NCBI GenBank assembly: GCA_963675525.2
Contig: CAXXSL010000014.1
Span: 1 to 41,669, forward strand
From: Anaerohalosphaeraceae bacterium
Lineage (GTDB): Bacteria > Planctomycetota > Phycisphaerae > Sedimentisphaerales > Anaerohalosphaeraceae
Direction of reading: 5' to 3'
DNA length: 41,669 bases
Numbering within the stretch: the first letter of the stretch is position 1; every line of letters starts with the position of its first letter. Both the position numbers and the translations under genes were made by a program. The notes under the pieces were generated by a model. That model was given only the letters and a program-made list of their open reading frames with translations. It was not told the DNA's origin and did no database searches. Below are positions 7,514-17,329 of this stretch, one piece after another.

Positions 7514-9814
7514 TTGGACCGAATACGAATCACCATTCAGGGCCGGGTACAGGGTGTCGGGTGCCGGCCGTTTATTTACCGTCTTGCGGCCGAACTGGGC
7601 GTGACGGGGATTGTCTACAATGACACACAGGGCGTCAGAATAGAAGCCCAGGGCAGCCAGGGACAACTGGATGCGTTTGTTACACGACTGGCGGATGAAA
7701 CGGAGGATGGCTATCCGGCGCTGATGAAAGTCCGGCAATGCGACGAGGAAACCATTGACGTTGTAGACGGAGAAGATGATTTTCGAATCATTGAGAGCCA
7801 TGCTACGGGGGCACCAGTTTCACAAGTGACCCCGGACTGTGCGACATGCCCGGCCTGCCTGAATGAAATGAGAGATCAGACGGATTTTCGCTGTCGGTAT
7901 CCGTTCATTAACTGCACACATTGCGGTCCACGGTATTCCATTGTCAAGACGATACCCTATGATCGGCCGAACACGACCATGAGCGAATATGCGATGTGCG
8001 AAAAATGCCAATCACAATACACCAACGTGCGTGACCGTCGGTTTCATGCTCAGCCGGTCGCCTGTCCTGCCTGCGGGCCGAAAATATGGTTGACCGACAA
8101 AGACGGTAAAACCATTGAAACGGACTCTGACAAAGCGATTGCATATTGCGCTGAGGTTTTGCGTTCCGGGGGCATTGCGGCTGTTAAAGGCATTGGCGGT
8201 TTTCACCTTGCGGTGGATGCATTGAATGAACAGGCTGTTTCGGAACTTCGTAAACGAAAGGTTCGTGATGCCAAACCATTTGCGATGATGGCGGCGTCGC
8301 TTGATGTGATTGAAAAATACGCGGTGGTCGATGAACTGACGGCGGAACTGTTAACCAGTTCCGAAAGTCCGATTGTTTTGCTGGACAAGAAAGAATCCAA
8401 TCCAATTGCCCCGTCAGTGGCGTTCGGAACGCATCGTTTCGGGTTTATGCTGTGTTATGCCCCGCTGCATCATCTGCTGTTAGCGGAAGAGGGCATTGAA
8501 GTATTGGTGATGACCAGTGCCAATCTGTCTGATGAACCGTTGATTTGTAAAAATGAGCAAGCCCTTGAGGAGTTGGAGGCTGTTGCGGATGTATTCATTA
8601 TGCATGACCGTGAGATATGGCGGCCGGTAGATGATTCGGTTGTGCATGAGGTGAATGGTCAGGCTGCTTTTTTGCGGCGGGCGCGGGGTTATGTGCCGAC
8701 GCCTATCTATCGAAATGAGTCGAGCGGGAAGGACATTTTTGCGGCCGGGGCGGACTTAAAAAACACGTTCTGCTTTGTCAAAGGTAATCAGTATTTGATG
8801 AGCGAGCACATTGGTGACTTGGCGGACGGGCGGGTGTATCGTCACTACAGCCATTCAGTTCAGCATTTGCAGAAGTTGTTTGAGGTCAAGCCGGAGGTGG
8901 TGGTGTGCGACTTACACCCCGGTTACCTGTCAACACATTTCGTCGAACAGTTGCAGGATGTAACGCTGATTCGGGTGCAGCATCACTGGGCACATATTGC
9001 CTCGGTGTTGGCCGACTGTAATGAAACGGGGCCGGTGATAGGTCTGGTTGCTGACGGTACGGGATACGGTACGGACGGTGCGATTTGGGGATGTGAATGT
9101 CTGATTGCGACACTGACGGAGTTTGAGCGGTTTGGGCAGTTGGCGTATTATCCATTGGCCGGTGGCGACAAGGCATCCAAAGAGGCGATTCGTCCGATTC
9201 TTGGGCTGTTAAACGGGCGGGTGGATGAACATGCCGCATTGCTTGTCTCGATCGAGCCGGATGCGGATAAGATACGATTGATCTGTGAACAAATTCAAAA
9301 GGGTTTGAATACCGTTTTTACATCGAGCCTGGGACGGTTGTTTGACGCGGCGGCGGCACTGGTGGGGTTGGGGGCAAAAAATCGATTTGAGGCCGAACTG
9401 CCGATGGCGCTGGAGGCAATGATTGAAAACGGGGTTGAAGAGACCTATCCGATTGAACTAAGCCAAAATGACGGCGTATGGTGTTTAGAGCATGAACCGA
9501 TTATCCGGGGGATGATTGGCGATATTGGCAGCCGGACAGGTAAGGCAAAGATTGCCGCCCGATTCCACAACAGTGTCTGCGAAGGTCTGCTGTCACTGGC
9601 CCAAAGGGGGCGTCAGGAAAAGGGGCTTTCGGATGTGGCATTGAGTGGGGGGGTGTTCTGTAACCGCTATTTGGCCAATCGCCTGATTCTGCGTTTGCAG
9701 GATGAGGGATTTCGTGTATTATGGAAAAAATCGGTGCCGGTCAATGACGGCGGTATCAGTCTCGGACAGGCGGCGATTGCAGCGGAAATGATAAACAAGG
9801 GTATGATTGGATAA
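7514..9814 (+). CDS. hypF: Carbamoyltransferase HypF
   Basis: Acylphosphatase-like GRVQGVG, zinc fingers CPAC..CTHC and CEKC..CPAC, KGIGGFHL, QHHWAH and NDGGISLGQ. TTG start follows a GAGG RBS (ORF open from 7493). Confidence 0.97.
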   Translation: MDRIRITIQGRVQGVGCRPFIYRLAAELGVTGIVYNDTQGVRIEAQGSQGQLDAFVTRLADETEDGYPALMKVRQCDEETIDVVDGEDDFRIIESHATGAPVSQVTPDCATCPACLNEMRDQTDFRCRYPFINCTHCGPRYSIVKTIPYDRPNTTMSEYAMCEKCQSQYTNVRDRRFHAQPVACPACGPKIWLTDKDGKTIETDSDKAIAYCAEVLRSGGIAAVKGIGGFHLAVDALNEQAVSELRKRKVRDAKPFAMMAASLDVIEKYAVVDELTAELLTSSESPIVLLDKKESNPIAPSVAFGTHRFGFMLCYAPLHHLLLAEEGIEVLVMTSANLSDEPLICKNEQALEELEAVADVFIMHDREIWRPVDDSVVHEVNGQAAFLRRARGYVPTPIYRNESSGKDIFAAGADLKNTFCFVKGNQYLMSEHIGDLADGRVYRHYSHSVQHLQKLFEVKPEVVVCDLHPGYLSTHFVEQLQDVTLIRVQHHWAHIASVLADCNETGPVIGLVADGTGYGTDGAIWGCECLIATLTEFERFGQLAYYPLAGGDKASKEAIRPILGLLNGRVDEHAALLVSIEPDADKIRLICEQIQKGLNTVFTSSLGRLFDAAAALVGLGAKNRFEAELPMALEAMIENGVEETYPIELSQNDGVWCLEHEPIIRGMIGDIGSRTGKAKIAARFHNSVCEGLLSLAQRGRQEKGLSDVALSGGVFCNRYLANRLILRLQDEGFRVLWKKSVPVNDGGISLGQAAIAAEMINKGMIG

Positions 9815-9817
9815 AAA

Positions 9818-10069
9818 ATGTGTTTAGCGGTACCAGCGAGAATTATTGAAAAAGACGGTGATAAGGCTGTGGCCGATGCGATGGGCAACCGGTGGAATAT
9901 CCGTATTACATTGACACCGGAAATAGAGGTGGGCGATATTGTGCTGATTCACGCCGGTTATGCGATCACCAAGGTCGACGAGGAAGAGGCACAGAAGACA
10001 TGGGAGTTGTTCGAGGAGATCGCTGCGTTTGAGGCTGAGCGTCAAAAGGTCAAAGAGGGAGAGGTCTAA
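9818..10069 (+). CDS. hypC: Hydrogenase assembly chaperone HypC
   Basis: MCLAVPA N-terminus and VGDIVLIHAGYAI. Confidence 0.96.
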   Translation: MCLAVPARIIEKDGDKAVADAMGNRWNIRITLTPEIEVGDIVLIHAGYAITKVDEEEAQKTWELFEEIAAFEAERQKVKEGEV

Positions 10070-10071
10070 TC

Positions 10072-11136
10072 ATGCTCCAGCGGATCGAAAAAGCCAGAAA
10101 GACGATCGAGGCGATATGCGAAACGGTTGATAAACCCATTCAGGTGATGGAAGTGTGCGGGACGCATACGGTGTCGATTTTCCGGCATGGGATTCGGTCG
10201 CTGCTGCCGGAAAAGTTAAAGCTGCTCAGCGGGCCGGGTTGTCCGGTCTGTGTGACCGACCAAGGGTACATCGATGTGGTGATGGATTTGGCCTTGCGGG
10301 ATGATACCATTATTGCGACGTATGGCGATATGATTCGTGTGCCCGGCAAAGCGGGTTCGCTGGAAAGTCTGCATCGCAATAATGTTAAGGTTGTGTTGAG
10401 TACGGACGATGGGCTGGCGTTGGCAAAAAAGCATCCAGATAAGGCGGTTGTGTTCGTGGCCGTCGGTTTTGAGACAACCACGCCGCCAAGTGCCGTTGCG
10501 GTTGCCGATGCGGCTAAAGAAGGAGTTGATAATTTCTGCATTCTCAGCGGGCACAAACTGGTTGTTCCGGCGATGATGGCATTGCTTGGCACCAAGAACG
10601 ATAAAATTGATGCATTTCTGTGTCCCGGCCATGTCAGTGTGATTTTGGGGTCGGACGCATATCAGCCGGTGGTCGAAACATTCAAGCGGCCCTGCGTGGT
10701 GGCCGGTTTTGAAGCGGTGCAGATGTTGGAAGGGCTGGCGAAGATTTGCCAGCAGATTGCGGACGGAAAACCTGCCATTGATTCGGTCTATGGCGCGGCG
10801 GTAACCCCGCAGGGCAATGTGACGGCTCGTAAGATTATCGAAGAAGCGTTTGAGCCGTGCGATGGCGCATGGCGGGGCTTGGGTGTGATACCCGGGGCGA
10901 CGCTGAAACTTAGAGACAAGTATGACCAATTCGACGCACTGAAACGATTCGGCATCAAGGAGGTCCCGACCGAAGAACCCGCGGGCTGTCAATGCGGCCA
11001 GATATTGTGCGGTTTGCTCGACCCGCCGCAGTGCGGCATGTTTGGCAAGAAATGCACACCCGACACGCCCATCGGTCCCTGCATGGTTAGCACGGAAGGT
11101 GCCTGTTCAGCGTGGTATAAATATAAACAAAGATAA
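10072..11136 (+). CDS. hypD: Hydrogenase formation protein HypD
   Basis: MEVCGTHT, GPGCPVC, GFETT, PGHVS and a C-terminal Cys cluster ending GPCMVSTEGAC. Confidence 0.97.
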   Translation: MLQRIEKARKTIEAICETVDKPIQVMEVCGTHTVSIFRHGIRSLLPEKLKLLSGPGCPVCVTDQGYIDVVMDLALRDDTIIATYGDMIRVPGKAGSLESLHRNNVKVVLSTDDGLALAKKHPDKAVVFVAVGFETTTPPSAVAVADAAKEGVDNFCILSGHKLVVPAMMALLGTKNDKIDAFLCPGHVSVILGSDAYQPVVETFKRPCVVAGFEAVQMLEGLAKICQQIADGKPAIDSVYGAAVTPQGNVTARKIIEEAFEPCDGAWRGLGVIPGATLKLRDKYDQFDALKRFGIKEVPTEEPAGCQCGQILCGLLDPPQCGMFGKKCTPDTPIGPCMVSTEGACSAWYKYKQR

Positions 11137-11209
11137 AACGCATCCTGTAAGTCAGCAGAGAACAATCCTGCTAAAGGGAATTCTCCGATGTTTTTTAGGG
11201 ATGCGGTTT
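11137..11209. terminator. Long imperfect hairpin between convergent genes
   Basis: Outer stem GCATCC/GGATGC with A/T flanks and inner GAGAA/TTCTC; fills almost the whole hypD-lipoprotein gap. Confidence 0.45.
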
Positions 11210-11210
11210 G

Positions 11211-11609
11211 TCATTTGACAGATTCGTAATGATCCAATTTGTTGTCTTCGCTATAATATAGGATAAATACGGTGGCTTCCTCTTGGGTGGCTATTTCCAG
11301 AGGGGTGCCTACGATCTCCCACAGGCCGAGTGTTACCACATCCATCGCCGTATGGCCGACAATTGCCAATGTTTTTGTTTCTTTTGTACCGGCATTTTCC
11401 ACAAGTTTGTAAATGTCCTTACATCCTCCATCAGCAGTCCGTGTGGACGTATAGGGGGCGCCGAGCACCTGTACGATGTCATCACGATTCCCTCCGACTC
11501 GTAGAACCGAAAGGTCTTTCCGGGTCTGCTTCTTTCCGGCCATTATGGCCGAACATCCCTGGATTAATATCATCACTGTGCAGAGTAGTATAAGACTTGT
11601 CTTTCGCAT
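11211..11609 (-). CDS. Hypothetical lipoprotein
   Basis: Lipobox IQGC, RDDIVQVLGAP (BamE/SmpA-like start) and hydrophobic DVVTLGLWEIVGTP. Confidence 0.75.
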   Translation of the reverse strand: MRKTSLILLCTVMILIQGCSAIMAGKKQTRKDLSVLRVGGNRDDIVQVLGAPYTSTRTADGGCKDIYKLVENAGTKETKTLAIVGHTAMDVVTLGLWEIVGTPLEIATQEEATVFILYYSEDNKLDHYESVK

Positions 11610-11668
11610 GATCCATCCCTTTCTGTTTTTTTAACTTTTCCCGAACTATTTTCAGTTTTTTTAGGCCG

Positions 11669-13432
11669 TTACTTTGGCTCCGTACACAAGTTTTTCAAGT
11701 TGTCCATGCTAAAGTTACACTTGGCGGGAAGCAGTCCACATTCATACGCTCCGGCCAGAAGACCCAAGTACGAGATAACGGCATCCCGATTACTTCCCGT
11801 ACGACTGACCAACTGAGTTACGAAGCTTCTTAAGTGCCTGTCGGAGGCTTCTGTTTGGGTATGGGTCCAGTTTTCTTCGCGATATTTTTTGTTGAGGCCA
11901 AGGATCATCGCCCCGACGTCGATCCAGTATTGGTCCTCTTCGTTAAGGGAACTTTTCTTTTTGAAACCGTCAAGCAATGAGGTGCCCATATCCAGCCAGT
12001 TCCCGGCTTGTTGCTCTTTGATCCACTCATCCTCTGTTAGCATGAGCGACCGGAAAGTCGGATCGTCGGCATGCTGTCGCCCAAAAGCCCCGATTTCTTC
12101 AGGAATAGCTACCAGAAGTGCTTTATCGCAATCAAACAGAGGGATCTCACGATAGCCGATGAAGTTATCAAGGCGATTGTTCCTGTGTTGTTGGCAGTAC
12201 TCGAGAATTGCTACATGGGCTCGGTAATCGGTCGTAGAGCCGATGTTGATCGCACGGAAGTATTTTTCTCCCACAAGGCCTCCTACGATGAATTTTTCGG
12301 GATGTGGCATTGTGGGTACATGAGTATGGCCGGACACCCAGTAATTTTTCCCTTCGGATATAAGCAGCTTTTCGAGATTCTGGTTCAGGGTTTTAGAGAA
12401 GGTGGGAATATTGAAAACACCCTCGGTTACATTCCAAGCCAGATTCGTTACGTTCAGAGGCACTTCGTCGGGTTTGGCAAAGGTAATACGGTCCAGATGA
12501 TCTTTCGGGTAATGGGACGCCAGAACTCTGAAATCAGGCGAGGAGGACTGTGCAAACTTCTTCAGATAGCTGATTTGCGATACAAATCCCGGTTCATCTT
12601 TGAAGGATACTGAGCCGATGATACCGTAAAAACCTAAATTGGCCACTTGCGACCAGTCCGGCGCGTCCTTGTAATCCGAAGAATCGAGCAGGAATATTTC
12701 CACAGAGGCTTTTCCGGTTTCGGTATAGGTAAGAATCCCGCTCAGGTATAAGCCCGTGTCGTGATCCAGATTCTTGTTTTGTTCTAAATCCGGAAAATTG
12801 TCTGTGTACTGAAAGCGTGTATTGCCGGGGATTTGATTATTGGCATGGTTGAACTCGCTAAATTTTTTCAAGACTTGGTATTTGGTGAGAGCGGGGTTAT
12901 CCGGCCGGCCTTCCCGATTCAACATGGCAAACCGAATTCCGGGGGAAACGATGTTGCCGGCTCCCAAATAATCATGATTTCCGATAAGGATGAAAATGGG
13001 GGTTCCTGTCTGCTCCCGATGTTTGGTCAAAATGTTCAGAACTGTCTCGATCTCATCGGTACCACCGCTGTTTGCCGCATCCCCCAGATACAGAATGACA
13101 TCTACTCCTTTTTTGTTGCTATGGGAATCTTGTGTTAATTTGGAAAGGGCAATCCCAAGCATTTCCTCGGCCAGGAAGCATTCGAGGGCGGGCGGGCGAA
13201 TACTGACGTCTACCAGGTTGTCGGCTGATTTACTTCGGTAATGAAAGTCCGAAAAGCCGTTCTGAGAGGTGATCTGACTATCGGCCAACATACCGATTTT
13301 TATGGGAAATGGTTTGGTTGGTTTTGAGGAATGGGTTCCCTGATTTAAATAGCTCAAAGGCTTAATTGATTCAAAAGCACAGCTTGTAAAAAAGAAGCAA
13401 ATCAAGAGTAGCAAGGGAAATTTTCTGTTCAT
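11669..13432 (-). CDS. Lipoprotein metallophosphoesterase (calcineurin-like superfamily)
   Basis: AAGGAG RBS, lipobox FTSC, and motifs ADSQ, LGD, GNHD, ASH and GHTH in canonical order; extra ~170-aa C-terminal region. Confidence 0.8.
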   Translation of the reverse strand: MNRKFPLLLLICFFFTSCAFESIKPLSYLNQGTHSSKPTKPFPIKIGMLADSQITSQNGFSDFHYRSKSADNLVDVSIRPPALECFLAEEMLGIALSKLTQDSHSNKKGVDVILYLGDAANSGGTDEIETVLNILTKHREQTGTPIFILIGNHDYLGAGNIVSPGIRFAMLNREGRPDNPALTKYQVLKKFSEFNHANNQIPGNTRFQYTDNFPDLEQNKNLDHDTGLYLSGILTYTETGKASVEIFLLDSSDYKDAPDWSQVANLGFYGIIGSVSFKDEPGFVSQISYLKKFAQSSSPDFRVLASHYPKDHLDRITFAKPDEVPLNVTNLAWNVTEGVFNIPTFSKTLNQNLEKLLISEGKNYWVSGHTHVPTMPHPEKFIVGGLVGEKYFRAINIGSTTDYRAHVAILEYCQQHRNNRLDNFIGYREIPLFDCDKALLVAIPEEIGAFGRQHADDPTFRSLMLTEDEWIKEQQAGNWLDMGTSLLDGFKKKSSLNEEDQYWIDVGAMILGLNKKYREENWTHTQTEASDRHLRSFVTQLVSRTGSNRDAVISYLGLLAGAYECGLLPAKCNFSMDNLKNLCTEPK

Positions 13433-13510
13433 AGCCAACTCCTTGTGGTTCTGAGTACGGAAAACCAGGACTTACTTTATTTTATATTCATAATGTCTTT
13501 AATGTGCTAC

Positions 13511-13539
13511 ATTACACAAGCAGGAATTTGATTTGTCAA
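13511..13539 (-). promoter_or_regulatory. Probable promoter of the phosphoesterase-lipoprotein pair
   Basis: Minus strand TTGACA, 17-nt spacer, TGTAAT. Confidence 0.55.
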
Positions 13540-13597
13540 GAAATTTCTTAGTTATGAAAGAATAATTAGTGAGGGGTATTTTAACTTATTCAAGGCG

Positions 13598-13626
13598 TTG
13601 AAAAATAGCATAGGTTCTGGTAAGAT
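13598..13626 (+). promoter_or_regulatory. Probable hypE promoter
   Basis: TTGAAA, 17-nt spacer, TAAGAT with TG extension. Confidence 0.5.
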
Positions 13627-13665
13627 TTGTGTTTCTTAAATGTTGACGGGAGATTTGTTAGGACA

Positions 13666-14685
13666 ATGGAAGATACAAAGAAAATCCAGCTTGCGCACGG
13701 CGGAGGGGGGCGTTTAATGGGTGACCTTATTAATCGTACGATCGTGCCGAAGTTTGCCGATGGCCAGTCGGTGCAATTGACCGATTCGGCGTTGGTGGAT
13801 GTGCCTTCCGGTAAGCTGTGTTTTACGACTGACAGTTTTGTGGTCAAGCCGTTGTTTTTCAGCGGCGGGGATATTGGCAAACTTTCCGTATGCGGTACGG
13901 TGAATGATTTGGCGGTTGCCGGAGCGAAACCATTGGCACTGAGCCTGTCGCTGATACTGGAAGAAGGGTTGGAGATTGGCATACTGGAAAAAATTCTGGA
14001 AAGTATTGGTGATACAGCGAAGAATGCTAATGTCAATATTATCACCGGCGATACCAAGGTGGTTGAAAAAGGCTCCGCCGATGGCATTTTCATCAATACC
14101 TCCGGCGTGGGAATGTTGATAGAGAAAGCCAGTCCGTCGTTTATGCACATTAAGCCGGGCGATGCGATTTTGATCAACGGCAACCTCGGCGACCATGGCA
14201 TGACGATTATGTCCCAGCGTGAGGGCTTGAAGTTTCAAACGCCGCTGAAAAGCGACTGCGCGTGTTTGCATGAGTTGACGGAGATGTTGTATGAAAGCCT
14301 TGGTGAAAAAGTTAAATTTATGCGGGACCCGACGCGTGGCGGAATTGCGGCAACGTTAAACGAAATTGCCCAATCGGCAAGTGTGAATGTTGCGTTACAG
14401 GAAACAGACCTGCCGATTGATAAAACCGTTCAAACCGCCGCCGATATGCTGGGATTTGATTTGCTGAATATTGCCAATGAAGGCAAGGTGCTGGCGGTGG
14501 TTGACGGTAGTGCGGCGCAGCAGGCAATTGAACTGTGGCGCAAACACCCGCTGGGACAAAATGCTGCCATCATCGGAACTGTCAGCGAAGCCAAGGACGA
14601 GGCGCTGGTGGAACTAGTAACCAAAATCGGCGGCAGGCGAATTGTTCAGACGCCTTACGGCCGGGAATTACCGAGGATCTGCTGA
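13666..14685 (+). CDS. hypE: Hydrogenase maturation protein HypE
   Basis: LAHGGGG, TTDSFVV, GTVNDLA, MRDPTRGG and the C-terminal LPRIC. Confidence 0.97.
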   Translation: MEDTKKIQLAHGGGGRLMGDLINRTIVPKFADGQSVQLTDSALVDVPSGKLCFTTDSFVVKPLFFSGGDIGKLSVCGTVNDLAVAGAKPLALSLSLILEEGLEIGILEKILESIGDTAKNANVNIITGDTKVVEKGSADGIFINTSGVGMLIEKASPSFMHIKPGDAILINGNLGDHGMTIMSQREGLKFQTPLKSDCACLHELTEMLYESLGEKVKFMRDPTRGGIAATLNEIAQSASVNVALQETDLPIDKTVQTAADMLGFDLLNIANEGKVLAVVDGSAAQQAIELWRKHPLGQNAAIIGTVSEAKDEALVELVTKIGGRRIVQTPYGRELPRIC

Positions 14686-14776
14686 CACCCTTATAGGGTG
14701 ATAAGTGTCGCGAGAACAGTAACGCCGATTGTAAAGGGCGTAACCGCGCAGTGAGCCATTATTGGAAAGAGATCGA

Positions 14777-15121
14777 ATGCACGAAACAGCCGTTGCCGAA
14801 AGTATTTTAAAAACGATTCTTGAACAGGCCGAGCAGCTACAGGCCAAACCCGTCAGTGCGGTTATTTCCTGCGGTCAGTTTAATGCACTGAATGACGAGG
14901 TGATGAGCTTTGCGTTTGAAGCCGCCGCGGCCGACACCGTTTGCCGCCACATGAAACTGAACATTAAGCATGTCTCGCTGCGGGCGACGTGCAAGTATTG
15001 CAAAACAACGTTTGAGTTTGATATTTATAAACCCGTCTGCAGCCAATGCGACAGCGCCGAGTTTGCGTTTGAACCGGATGCACCGCTGCTGCTGGAGGAA
15101 ATTGAATTTGAGGAAAAATAA
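14777..15121 (+). CDS. hypA: Nickel metallochaperone HypA
   Basis: MHE N-terminus and two CxxC motifs (CKYC, CSQC). Confidence 0.93.
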   Translation: MHETAVAESILKTILEQAEQLQAKPVSAVISCGQFNALNDEVMSFAFEAAAADTVCRHMKLNIKHVSLRATCKYCKTTFEFDIYKPVCSQCDSAEFAFEPDAPLLLEEIEFEEK

Positions 15122-15126
15122 AAGCG

Positions 15127-15213
15127 CGGGGACGTGAGTCCCCCGATATTGTCACCCTCGCGCAGATGGAGGTCTATCGAGTTTGCTGGATTCCCGCCTG
15201 CGCGGGAATGACA
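15127..15213. repeat. Cluster of palindromic repeats
   Basis: GGGGAC-GTGA-GTCCCC hairpin, then a degenerate inverted pair gtcaccctcgcgcagatggaggtcta (15151-15176) / tggattcccgcctgcgcgggaatgac (15187-15212). The latter contains ATTCCC-N8-GGGAAT. Confidence 0.75.
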
Positions 15214-15260
15214 GTTAGGGTAATTGAATGATAATCAAGTGTAGAAGTAAGGTTATATAA

Positions 15261-15908
15261 ATGAAAGTATCATTGAACCAAAAGATTTTAAGCCGGAATG
15301 AAGAGTGTGCCAAGAAGAACAAGGCGTTTTTCGCTGAACACAAGGTATTTTGTCTGAACGTCATCTCTTCGCCCGGGTCGGGTAAGACCACGACCATCGC
15401 GCGTACCATACGAGATTTAAAAGACCAAGTGACCATCGGCGTTATCGAAGGCGACATTAAGACCGATACCGATGCCCAAAAGATTCGCGCCGCCGGGGCC
15501 GAAGCCGTACAGATCGAAACGCAGGGCGCCTGTCACTTATCTGCCGAGCAGGTCTATAATGCCATCAAGGCACTGGATGCGGAAACAAAAGATGTGGTCA
15601 TTATTGAGAACGTCGGCAATCTGGTGTGCCCGTCGGCATTTGATTTGGGTGAAGACTGCCGGATGGTGATGCTGAGCGTGCCGGAAGGCGACGACAAGCC
15701 CGTCAAATACCCCGGCACATTCGCCGGAGCCGATGTCGTGCTGATAAATAAAATTGACCTGGCCGAGCATATCGAGTTTAATCTGGAAAGGGTGCTGGCC
15801 GATATCCGCGTGGTCAATCCGAACGCGAAAATCTTTCAGGTCTCCGCCACCACCGGCGAAGGAATGGGCCAGTGGTACGAATGGCTAATGGAAAAAGCAA
15901 AAAAATAG
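15261..15908 (+). CDS. hypB: Hydrogenase nickel incorporation GTPase HypB (short form)
   Basis: SSPGSGKTT, IEGD, GACHL, ENVGNLVCP, EGDDKPVKYP and NKID; no His-rich or CxxCGC N-terminus. Confidence 0.96.
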   Translation: MKVSLNQKILSRNEECAKKNKAFFAEHKVFCLNVISSPGSGKTTTIARTIRDLKDQVTIGVIEGDIKTDTDAQKIRAAGAEAVQIETQGACHLSAEQVYNAIKALDAETKDVVIIENVGNLVCPSAFDLGEDCRMVMLSVPEGDDKPVKYPGTFAGADVVLINKIDLAEHIEFNLERVLADIRVVNPNAKIFQVSATTGEGMGQWYEWLMEKAKK

Positions 15909-15920
15909 GTTTCCTTGAAA

Positions 15921-16006
15921 GCCCCTGAAAGGGGCGTTAGTTTAGTAGCCGGAGGCGTGAGCCTCCGGAAATTGGATTAAAATAAAAATAAGCCCCGAAG
16001 TGGCGG
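15921..16006. repeat. REP-like palindromic element, copy 2
   Basis: GCCCCT-GAA-AGGGGC, then TAGTAG plus CCGGAGGC-GTGA-GCCTCCGG (15949-15968), a 23-nt AT-rich spacer and GCCCCGAAGTGGC. Confidence 0.8.
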
Positions 16007-16029
16007 TATAAAGTTAAGGATAATAAGTA

Positions 16030-17315
16030 GTGGACTCATTTGTTTATAAAAACGGAAAATTATTTGCCGAAGGCGTGGCGGTTGAAAAAATCGCCGAGCA
16101 GGTCGGCACGCCTGTCTACATTTACAGCAAAGCGACCTTCATGGATCACCTCAAAAAGATCCAGGCTGCGTATGCGGATATTGATACGACTATTTGCTAT
16201 TCGATCAAGGCCTGCGGTAACATCAATATCTTAAAATGCCTCGCGGCGGCGGGCAGCGGGTTCGATATCGTCAGCGGCGGGGAACTGTATCGCGTGCCCA
16301 ACAGGCAGGGGCGAACATGAGCAAGATCGTTTTTGCCGGGGTGGGAAAAACCGACACCGAAATCATCGAAGCCCTCAATGCGGGTATCGGCTACTTTCAA
16401 TATCGAGTCCGAGGCCGAACTGGAAAACCTGATTGCAGCTTTGCAAAAAACACGGCAAAAAAACCAAAGCGGCTCTGCGGGTCAATCCGGATATTAAATA
16501 CGATTCGCACAAGCACATTACCACCGGCGTCAAGGAAACCAAATTCGGCGTGGATATCGAACGGGCGCACAAGGTTTTTGATACGCAGTATGCGAAGAAC
16601 GGCGTTGTCGAAATGTCCGCCATTCACGTGCATCTCGGCTCCGGCGGCAAAACCATCGACCCGTATGTCAACTATGTCAAAAAAATCCTGCCCGCTGGTC
16701 GAGGACCTTCGTGGCAAAGGTTACAAGATCGACACGCTGGATCTGGGCGGCGGCTATGGCGCCGATTACGAAACCGACAGCGTTCCCTCGGCGGCCGATT
16801 ATGCCGCCGGGATCGTGCCGCTGCTGAAGGCGGCGAACTTAAAGCTGATCCTTGAACCCGGCAAGAGTATCATCGCCAATGCCGCGATCATGCTGACCCG
16901 CGTGGTTTTCAAAAAGACCGGCGGCGAAAAAACATTCGTCATTGTCGATGCGGGCATGAACGACCTGATCCGCCCGTGTCTGTACGAGGCGTTTCACTTT
17001 ATCTGGCCCGCGGCGGTAGATAAAATATTCGTTCCCGCCAAACGTGCGAAGGATATTAATATGCCGGATGCGGAAACGGTTGATGTCGTAGGTCCGATTT
17101 GCGAGGGCACGGACTATTTCGCCAAAGACCGGCCGATGCCGCCGGTGTCGCGGGGCGACCTGGTGGCGGTCTTTTCAGCCGGAGCCTACGGCTACACCAT
17201 GGCCAGTAATTACAATGCCCGACCGCTGTGCGCGGAGGTCCTCGTCGACGGTGACACCTTCACCGTCATCCGTAAACGCCAGACGTATGACGATCTTGTC
17301 GCATTGGAAAAATAA
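16030..17315 (+). CDS. lysA: Diaminopimelate decarboxylase, about 4 frameshifts
   Basis: GTPVYIYS, YSIKAC (PLP Lys), FDIVSGGEL, ALRVNP, KFG, HVHLGS, LDLGGG, LEPG, VVGPICE and GAYGYTMASNYN. Frame switches near 16293, 16397, 16435 and 16692. Confidence 0.93.
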
Positions 17316-17329
17316 AACGGGAGATGATC

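Noticed and set aside
14684..14750. Small hairpins between hypE and hypA as a nickel/cobalt riboswitch
   Set aside because: There are only short stems (CACCCT/AGGGTG, ACGCC/GGCGT), with no four-way junction or terminator recognisable.
16236..17315. Programmed frameshifting to explain the broken lysA and bioB
   Set aside because: There are too many shifts per gene, in both directions, without slippery-site or stimulator patterns; sequencing error is simpler.
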